From Mobula hypostoma (lineage: Eukaryota): 64,000 nt of DNA. Shown here in pieces: positions 54,800 through 64,000 of the stretch. The notes below the pieces were generated by a model. That model saw only the letters and a list, made by a program, of their open reading frames with translations. It had not been told where the DNA came from and searched no databases. The stretch's first letter is position 1; the number at the start of each line of letters is the position of its first letter. Made by a program: the position numbers and the translations under genes. Location of the stretch: the NCBI RefSeq assembly GCF_963921235.1, contig NC_086097.1, forward strand, positions 38,256,001 through 38,320,000, given 5' to 3'.

Positions 54800-54898
54800 C
54801 AACATACAGAAAATGTTGGAGGAAATCAGCAGGTCAGGCAACATCTATGAAAATTAATAAACAGTTGATGTTTCGTACTGAGACCCTTCATCAGGACT
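54800..54898 (-). repeat. Penelope pLTR-derived repeat with a hammerhead-like core
   Basis: Minus strand: agtc-CTGATGA-agggtctcagtac-GAAA-ca-TC-aactg...gatgttgcctgacctgctg. Confidence 0.75.
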
Positions 54899-55934
54899 CA
54901 TTTTCCCTTGAAAATAACCTGTTAAATTTTCCTCATCATATAAATATCATTCATGAAGGAGGGATGATTTGATGTTTGATATTTGTCAATGTGCCATACT
55001 TGGCAATCCTCGGTTGTCTATAAAGGAAAAGAATTGTGCAAAGTTGCAATTCCTAATAAATACCAATACTTTCCATTATATGTTAATTCAGGTATAAAAA
55101 AATGAATGGATTCAACATTTTCACTAGTTTGTAGCCTTAGGCTAATGTACAGGAGGAAGGAAAGTTATGAAATTGTAACCTGATAATAGCTGAACTGTGT
55201 GCAAATTATTTAATTTTAATGTAACACGTGCTCAAACTGAAACAGGATAATATTTTGCATTGCCAACAATTAAATGAACTACAGTTCAGTTTCTTAATTG
55301 GTAAGTTTATCTGTAGATTTCACAGTTGGACAAGATATTGAATTTCCAAATCTAGTAGATGATTTGTTAAATGAGCAACCAATTATAATTTAATACTTGG
55401 GATCAAAAAGGAAAAAAAAACAAGTGGAGTTCGACGTTGTTTTCAGCACAGTCAGTGAATGTGATGCAAGTTATGCCTGTTTTGAAAGTGATTTTATTTT
55501 ACCCTCAATCTCATTACTGCATTGTTTAAAAGGTAGTTTGGAAGCACCAGGGTTGGATAGAGTCTTTAAGTGAAAGCTAACACAAAATTTTTGTACAATT
55601 TGAATTTGATTAAAATATTGAAAGTATTGTTTTATTACAAGATATAAACACTTGTCTGAAATTTGCTCTTTCAGAACGTAAAGCAATTATTAAATTATTT
55701 TGAGATATTGTACAGTGTTTGCAAGTAAACTAAAATGACATAAGTATTTAAAGCTCAACTTTTACTATCCCTGCACACAAATGTACTTTTTAAAACCTTG
55801 TGGACTACGTGAAAAAAAAATAATTTCCATCTGGCTGAGTCCACCTTTCAACATTCCCTTTATAGTTGGTAAAGAGTAATGCAAGAATTTGAAATTGATC
55901 AAATGCAAATTCAGCAAGGTTTAATGCCAGTTTT

Positions 55935-57004
55935 AGTCACAGTCATACTTTATTGATCCCGAGGGAAATGGTTTTCGTTACAGTTGCACCAACCAAGAAT
56001 AGAGTATAAATAAAGCAATATAAAACCATAAATAATTAAATAGTAATATGTAAATGCCAGGAAATAAGTCCAGGACCAGCCTGTTGGCTCAGGGTGTCTG
56101 ACCCTCCAAGGGAGGAGTTGTAAAGTTTGATGGCCACAGGCAGGAATGACTTCCTATGACGCTCTGTGTTGCATCTCGGTGGAATGAGTGTCTGGCTGAA
56201 TGTACTCCTGTGCCCAACCAGTACATTATGTAGTGGATGGGAGACATTGTCCAAGATGGCATGAAACTTGGACAGCATCCTCTTTTCAGACACAACCGTC
56301 AGAGAATCCAGTTCCATCCCCACAACATCACTGGCCTTACGAATGAGTTTGTTGATTCTGTTGGTGTCTGCTACCCTCAGCCTGCTGCCCCAGCACACAA
56401 CAGCAAACATGATCGCACTGCCCACCACAGAGTCGTAGAACATCCTCAGCATTGTCCGACAGATGTTAAAGGACCTCAGTCTCCTCAGAAAATAGAGACA
56501 GCTCTGACCCTTCTTGTAGACAGCCTCAGTGTTCTTTGAGCAGTCCAGTTTATTGTCAATTCGTATCCCCAGGTATTTGTAATCCTCCACCATGTCCACA
56601 CTGACCCCCTGGATGGAAACAGGAGTCAACGGTACCTTAGCTCTCCTCAGGTCTACCACCAGCTCCTTAGTCTTTTTCACATTAAGCTGCAGATAATTCT
56701 GCTCACACCATGTGACAAAGTTTCCTACCGTAGCCCTGTGCCCAGCCTCATCTCCCTTGCTGATGCATCCGTCTATGGCAGAGTCATCTGAGAACTTCTG
56801 AAGATGACAAGATTCTATGCAGTAGTTGAAGTTTTAGGTGTAAATGGTGAAGAGAAAGGGAGACAAGACAGTCCCCTGTGGAGCCCCAGTGCTGCTGATC
56901 ACTCTGTGGGACACACAGTGTTGCAAGCACACGTACTGTGGTCTACCAGTCAGGTAATCAAGAATCCATGACACCAGGAAAGCATCCACCTGCATCGCTA
57001 TCAG
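55935..57004 (-). mobile_element. Young Rex1/Babar-type LINE 3' fragment
   Basis: GAPQGTVLSPFLF, KFSDD, LYFLRRLRSFNIC; near-identical to 17572-18580. Confidence 0.9.
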
Positions 57005-57879
57005 CGATTGGTATTATGTAAATTTGGAAATTTACATAAAATCACAACAGGAAAACCTGTGACATTGAGCAGAAATTCCAGACCAGTATTACGAAATAGC
57101 TTGAAAAATAATTAACAGTAGTTGATGCTGAAAATCTGAAATTAAAAAATGAAGAAAATGTTGGATAAACTCAGCAGATTTTGTGGAAAGCAGCATTTCA
57201 CATTACGGGTTTGAGACCCTTCATTGAAATGAGAAAGTCAATGAGAACTCAAGAAAATAGCAGCAGTAGGCCATTCAGCCCCTCGAGCCTGAGCCTGCCA
57301 TGCCATTCAATATGATCATTGCTGATGTATGCTAGCCTGAAATCCTGTGCCAGTTTCCTATTACTCTCAATCCTCAATCTGTCAAATGTATATCTATCCC
57401 CACCTTAAATGTATCTAATGATCTGGCCTCTATACCATCCATTCTGTCGATTCATTACCAACGGAGAGAAGAAATTTCTCCTCACTCAGTTTTAAATGAC
57501 TAGCACATTATTTTATTACTACATCCTGTTGTTTGGATTCTCCCACTAGTGAACTCATCTCAGCAACTACCCTGTCCATCTCTGAGGATCTTTAATCTTT
57601 GGGAAAACTAACTCCTCATTCTTCTAAACTCTGTAGAATGCAGGCAAAGTCTATGTAGTGGCAATGGTGTGAAAGGCTGAAGGATGTAACAAAGGGAATT
57701 TTTCTGATAGAGTGAAATTATTGATCTTTTAAATCAGAGTGGGCTTCATTCTCTCGGCAAAGTCATCTGTGTTATTTGTCATCTGTGTCACGCTATGTAG
57801 TCTGACTATACTTAAAAAGAAACGATGGTAGGCAAAAAATGGCCTGGTCTCAAAAGAAAATGAAATAAATTGCAAGTTA

Positions 57880-58140
57880 TCTAGAGGTGGAGAATTCCTT
57901 ATTGAGACCTGCAGGCTACAACATGCCAAAATGGAACATAAAGTGCTGCTCCATGAACTTGCATTGGGGCTCGTTGTAAGGGAGCAGAAGACCGAGACAG
58001 AGAGGTCAGCGTGGGATACTGAATTAAAGTAGCAAGCAACTGGAAATAGGGGGTCATTCGTGTGAACACAGCACAGATTATTCCATAAAGTGATCACCCA
58101 ATTGGGGCATTTGGCTTCTCCAATGTTGAGGTGGCCTCTG
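57880..58140 (-). mobile_element. Ancient Penelope GIY-YIG remnant just upstream of exon 8
   Basis: The minus ORF contains LNIGEAK, PVACYFNSVSHADLSV, aligning with LYIGETR, PVATHFNSTSHSHSDMSI of the young copies. Confidence 0.65.
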
Positions 58141-58173
58141 AACAACTTAATTGTACTTTTCTTCATTTTATAA

Positions 58174-58338
<165 letters not shown>

Positions 58339-59532
58339 TAAGAGAGAACTGCTTTATGTATTTCCAGTGCACATTGATGTATTAAGTAAGGTTTCCCTTC
58401 CCCATCATCCTATAACCACGATTAATATTAGGGAAATTTGAAATGTTTTATAAGCTGCATTCTCTGAGTCAGTACTATGGGCTGAGCACAGTTGCTCCTC
58501 AAAATGATTGCCCAATCTACCTTGATTTCTCCATTGCAGAGGTGGCCTCCTCCAAGTCTCTGATTGCTCAATGCAATATGCAAGAACTTAATAATTACCT
58601 ATTTTTTAAAGATGCAGTTAGTAACATTCCATCACTATCAGTTCTAGTTCCCAAGCTTCCCTTGGAAACTTAACCACTTGCTAAGCCATTAATATAGTAC
58701 TGAAGAAATGTTGGATGTATTTTCTTTAAATGCAATATTAAATGAAATGGCTGTATGCTAGTTCAGATGGATATCAACCTTTCTGCAGTATTTAGCCCAT
58801 TTCTGGCTGTGTTTGATAACTCATTTTATATTTGTAGGGCAATGTTTCATGAAGGTCATTATGCTTTGCTGAATACTCTAATTCAATGGATGCAGAATGC
58901 TCTGAGAGTGCTGGAGGGTCTGATGAGGCATTAACTAAATACAAGATCTTTCTTTAAAAAATGTTTTCAGGTTTAGGCTTTACACATTTTATTTTATTAC
59001 TTTGAAAATATTAAATGTATGATTCATAATTTCTCTTTGGCAGATTGGCTGTTTGTTATTAACTTGATAGTTAGCTATTCCTTTGCCCCTCATTTATAAC
59101 GCTGTTACATCCCACTGATTTCCCGGACTGGCTTGCAACCACTGCTGATTTTTGCTCACTCATGCTCACTGATATTGAAGGATAGCTTGAGCTGATTCTG
59201 ATCTGCTTTTGCCTTCAGCAAACAAACATCATCCCTTGGGTTCTCTGAGTGCAGCTGGAACATAGCCATGCACTTCCAGTTAGCTCCTGTAGGACTCGTT
59301 CTGCCACATTAAGTATGGAGATCCCACAGCAAAATTTTGGTCACATATTTGCTATTTGTATAAAGGAATAGGGAGTTTATATAAATTGTTTTTTTTCTTT
59401 CTTTGACATGATCAGTAACCCTACATGTTATCTTGCTATTCTGGTACCAAGGGGTTATAGTTTTATAAAGTTTCATTATATCTTTATAATCCAGGGTGAT
59501 AAATTATGGACTCTGTAATCTTAAATAATTTA

Positions 59533-60398
59533 CTACACAACTCCCTTGTCCATTCGTCTGCCCCATCCCTCCTCACTGATCTCCCTCCTGGCACTTATCC
59601 TTGTAAGCGGAACAAGTGCTACACATGCCCTTACTCTTCCTCCCTCACAACCATTCAGGGCCCCAGACAGTCCTTCCAGGTGAGGCAACACTTCACCTGT
59701 GAGTCGGTTGGGGTGATATACTGCATCCGGTGCTCCCGATGCGGCCTTCTATATATTGGCGAGACCCGACGCAGACTGGGAGATCGTTTCACTGAACACC
59801 TACGCTCTGTCCGCCAGAGAAAGCAGGATCTTCCAGTGGCCACACATTTTAATTCCACGTCCCATTCCCATTCTGACATGTCTATCCACGGCCTCCTCTA
59901 CTGTAAAGATGAAGCCACACTCAGGTTGGAGGAACAACACCTTATATTCCGTCTGGGTAGCCTCCAACCTGATGGCATGAACATTGACTTCTCTAACTTC
60001 CGCTAATGCCCCACCTCTCCCTCGTACCCCATCTGTTATTTATTTATATACACACATTCTTTTTCTCTCTCTCCTTTTTCTCCCTCTGTCCCTCTGACTA
60101 TACCCCTTGCCCATCCTCTGGGTTTTCTCCCCTACCCCTTTTCTTTCTCCCTACGCCTCCTGTCCCATGATCCTCTCATATCCCTTTTGCAAATCAACTG
60201 TCCAGCTCTTGGCTCCATCCCTCCCCCTCCTGTCTTCTATCATTTCAATCTTCCCCTCCCCCTCCCACTTTTAAATCTCTTACTACCTCTTCTTTCAGTT
60301 AGTCCTGACGAAGGGTCTCGCCCTGAAATATCAACTGTACCTCTTCCTATAGATGCTGCCTGGCCTGCTGCGTTCCACCAGCAACTTTTATGTGTGTT
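59533..60398 (+). mobile_element. Penelope 3' fragment (intact GIY-YIG frame plus pLTR with hammerhead variant)
   Basis: VIYCIRCSRCGLLYIGET..R..EH..LEEQHLI..GMN to TAA at 60006; AGTC-CTGACGA-AGGG(TCTCG)CCCT-GAAA-TA-TC at 60301-60332. Confidence 0.93.
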
Positions 60399-61754
60399 AC
60401 TCTTTTTGTTGTTCTTTCTCTCTTTTATTTGATGTTTTATGTTTGTACTATTGACTCTTACTTTAGGCTGTGTGTCATTTTGCTCCTTTATTTGAAATGT
60501 CTTTGTTCTGCTGGATGGGTGGAAAGCAAAGAGGGAAGCTGGGAACATCAACCTCTGGTGTGCTCTCCACAAAATCAAGTGATTTCTATGAGAAGCTAAT
60601 CTTTTCCAAAATCTTGTGTGGTTGAGTGAGCTCCTGTGGCTTAATCAGGCCATATTTGGAATAGTCTGTATAGTCTTGATCTCCCTTTTGAAGAGTACAC
60701 TTGCCATGAAGATTCACTGCAGCAGTCAGGATTGTGGTATGAGAAGAGATTAAATAAACAAGACTTGCATTCTCCATTGTGTTAGAGTTCTTTGAAGTTT
60801 AGAAGAATCCACATGGCTGGCTGGAAATGGGGAGGATATTTCCATTCAGAGAAGGGTCTAGAGTTTTGGGTTATGGTCTGGGATTGAGGTAGGCCAATTA
60901 GGAATGATGTGAAAAATGTCTTTACTCTGAGAATTCAATAGCTTTGTGTGCCTTGTCATTCCTAATAGATAGACATATTCATCATTCCTAATTGATACAG
61001 ATATTTCTGGATAACAAGGGAATCAAGGAATATGGGAATATTCAGGAAAATAGAACCATAGCAGAAAATCAGCCATGATCTTTAGAAATGACAAAGCAGC
61101 CACAAGAGCATTTGCTTTCTCCATTTGCGCCTCCTTTGTCTTCAGTTCTTTTGTTATTAAGTTGACTGAGCACCAAACTGCTAATCATGTGAAAGACTTT
61201 TGTAGAACAAGCAAGCACAAGTGCACCTATTTAAAGTACAAAATAAAGATGAGAACATTTCACAAGCTTCAAGACTATGATCTTTGATAATTATTACTTT
61301 TTAACTTAATACAGTTCATTTTAAAATTCAGTATTTAACTGAGGGAATCATCTTGGCAGAAAGCCACATTATTGGGGGGCGGGGGAATAGAATGAGACAA
61401 TGGGGAAGTGGACATGCAGCAAACACTAAGCTGTGCTCCAACAGGTTACAAATAGCTGTCAACATCTAATGCAAGATTTTAAGTCTTCCAGGATATTTGT
61501 CATACAAGCTTATACTCTGTATATTCTGGATGTTAAGTATGCATTTTTATGATCCTTGAGAGGGCTAAATTGCAGGGATACTGAATGTCTTGCCAATGAT
61601 CACTGTTGCTCCCCCACGTTCCAAATATTGATGCCATTAGGGGCCCTGTTGCTTATGTGGCTGTTCAGAGTTGTCAAATGCATTTCATATATTGGCTGCA
61701 AACTGGATTTCAGAATCTTAAAAACCTGGCACCAGAGTTCACATTCTCCATTCA

Positions 61755-62990
61755 AAAAGGGAAATCTTGTCTGACAAATCTGTTGGAATTCTTTGAGGAA
61801 TTAACAAGCATGATAGACAAAGGAGAGTCAGTGGGTGTTGTTTATTTGGATGTTCAGAAGACCTTTGACAAGGTGCTGCACATGAAGAAGGTAAGAACCC
61901 ACAGTATTACAGGAAAGGTACTAGCATAGATAGAAGATTGGTTAACTGGCAGGAGGCAAAGAGTGGGAATAAAGGGATCCTTTTCTGATTAGATGCTGGT
62001 GACTAGTGGTGTACCACAGGCGTCAGTGTTGGAACCGCTTCCTGTCACGTTATATGTCAATGATTTTGATGAAGGAATTGATGGATTTGTGGCCGTTTGT
62101 GGGTGATATGAAGATAGGTGGAGGGCAGTTGTACTGAGGAAGCAGGGTGTTGGCAGAAGGACTTGGACAGATTGGGGGAATGGGCAAAGATGTTGCAGAT
62201 GAAAGATAGTGTAGGGAAGTGTATGGTCATGAACTTTGGTAAAAGAAATAAAGGCTGGTCTATTTTCTAAATGGGGAGAAAATTCAAAAATCAGAGGTAC
62301 AAGGGGACGTCATGCTGGATTCCTTAAAGGTTAACTTGCAGGTTGAGTCAGTGGTAAGAAAGGCAAATGCAATGTAAACATTCATTTTGAGAAGACTAGA
62401 ATATAAAACCATGGCTGTAATGCTGAGGCTTTATAAGGCATTGGTCAGACTGCACTAGGAGTATTGTGAGCAGATTTGGACCCCTTATCTAAGAAAAGAT
62501 GTGCTGGCATTGGAGAGGGTTCAAAGGAGATCTCGGAAAATGATTCTGGAAATGAAGGGTTAATATATGAGGAGTGTTGATGGCTCTGGGCCTTTATTTG
62601 CTGGAACTTAGGAGAATGAGAGGGGATCTCATTGAAACCTATCGAATATTGAAAAGCTTAGATAGAGTGGATATGGAGAGGATGTTTCCTATCGTGGTGG
62701 AGTCTGGGACCAGAGGGCACAACCTCAGAACTGAGGGATACCCATTTAGAACAGAGATGAGGAAAAATTTCTTTAACCAGAGGGGGATGAATCTGGGCAG
62801 AGCAGGACGAGTCACTGGGTATATTTAAGATGGAGGTTGATAGGCTCTTGATTAATCAAGGCATCAAAAGTTACAGGAAGAATGCAGAGAGTGAGATTGA
62901 AGCAGATAATAAATCAACCATGATGAAATGGTGGAGCAGAATGGGCCAAATGGCCTAATTTTGCTCCTGTGTCTTTTGGCTCTATGGTCT
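61755..62990 (+). mobile_element. Degenerate CR1 (RT to 3' end)
   Basis: GKSCLTNLLEFFEE, VYLDVQKTFDKV, LELRRMRGDLIETY. Confidence 0.88.
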
Positions 62991-63769
62991 ATCTCGTGTA
63001 CGATGAACAAGGTCATTCACAGAACCAGCCAAGGAAGTAGACCTGAAGCTGTAAGACCTATTAACAAGTGGAGTGTGCAATCTTTTGTAACAGGAAAGGA
63101 TTAACTGATCAGGAACAACTGTCATAAATTGATATAAATCTATATTCAGATAGAAAATGATTTGGTTCTATCTGAGATTAAAAAAATATTTGGACAAGCA
63201 CCTGTATCACTAAGTATGGAAGGCTGCAGAGCTAGTGCACATAATGTGATAAGGATAGATGGTCAGCATGAACTTGTTGGGCTGGCCTTTTGTATGAGTT
63301 TGACTCCATGAAAGGGTCTTAAATCTGAACGACAGAAACTACCAACATATATGTTTGCTATCATGGATCTGAAAACTACGTTATAGGATATGACAGTGAA
63401 CCAACAATACTTAGATCTTTATAAATTAATGCATACTTTACAAGAAATATATTTTCCTTAAAGAAGATGGGCTTCATAACTTTGCAGATGACACAAAAAT
63501 TGGCAGAGTCGTAGATTGTCAAAGGATACAGCAGGATATAAGTGGAGATATGGGCAGACAAAATGCAGATGGAGTTTAATCCAAACAGGCGTGACATATT
63601 GCACTTTGGAAGGTCAAAGGCAAGATGAAAGTATACAATAAATAGCGGGGCACTTCGAGCATTGCTTTGCAGAGGGGTCTTGGGGTGTAAGTCTATAGCT
63701 CTTTGAAAGTGACAACACAATTATCTCTCTTTCTCTCCGTGACTCCGTCTGTGTGGGTCTCTCTGTCTC

Positions 63770-64000
63770 ATGGAATAGGTCCTTCCGGCCCTTCGAGCTA
63801 TGCCGCACAGCAATCCCCCGATTTAACCCTAGCCTAATCATGGGACAATTTACAACGACCAAGTACCCTACTAATCGGTGCACCTTTGGAATGTGGGAGG
63901 AAACCGGGGCACCTGGAGGAAACCCACACAGTCACGGGGTGAACATACAAACTCCTTACAGGCAGTGGAAATTGGGAATTGAACCCAGGTCACTGGTACC
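63770..64000 (-). mobile_element. V-SINE (HE1-like), runs off the window end
   Basis: tgtgggaggaaaccggggcacctggaggaaacccac V-domain antisense; B box antisense gggaattgaaccc. Confidence 0.8.

Noticed and set aside
58443..58673. Mutually exclusive alternative exon 8 (ORF containing LIAQCNMQE)
   Set aside because: The nearby AGs (58538-39, 58540-41, 58555-56) are not in the phase required after exon 7, and similarity covers only 10 codons.
59506..60006. Domesticated stand-alone GIY-YIG nuclease gene
   Set aside because: Near-identical to the young Penelope copy at 16.6-17.06 kb and followed by its pLTR; the ATG comes from flanking DNA; no evidence of selection.

Overview
Eukaryotic (vertebrate) genomic DNA, most likely from a cartilaginous fish (ray/shark-type repeat landscape; inferred, not proven). 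The window is a TE-dense intronic stretch of an EML5 orthologue on the + strand. Seven small coding exons (probably exons 2-8; 990 nt, 330 codons of tandem WD40/TAPE repeats) have canonical AG/GT sites and compatible phases. The rest is mostly CR1, Rex1/Babar-type, L1, RTE and Penelope retroelements, tRNA-derived SINEs, and hAT/Tc1 remnants, often nested. Most ORF-track entries are TE fragments or spurious. Highlights: (1) a 5'-truncated Hero-clade (RLE) retrotransposon whose 3' UTR holds a complete hammerhead-ribozyme core in a non-circularly permuted, pseudoknotted order, enclosed by a perfect 13-bp helix that reaches back into the last codons of the ORF; (2) Penelope elements and about ten pLTR derivatives carrying minimal, dimer-dependent hammerheads, including a 104-bp palindrome whose two arms share the same inactivating mutations; (3) a 30-bp near-perfect copy of exon 8 just downstream of that exon. 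All RNA structures were read by eye and are untested; boundaries of old TEs are approximate.
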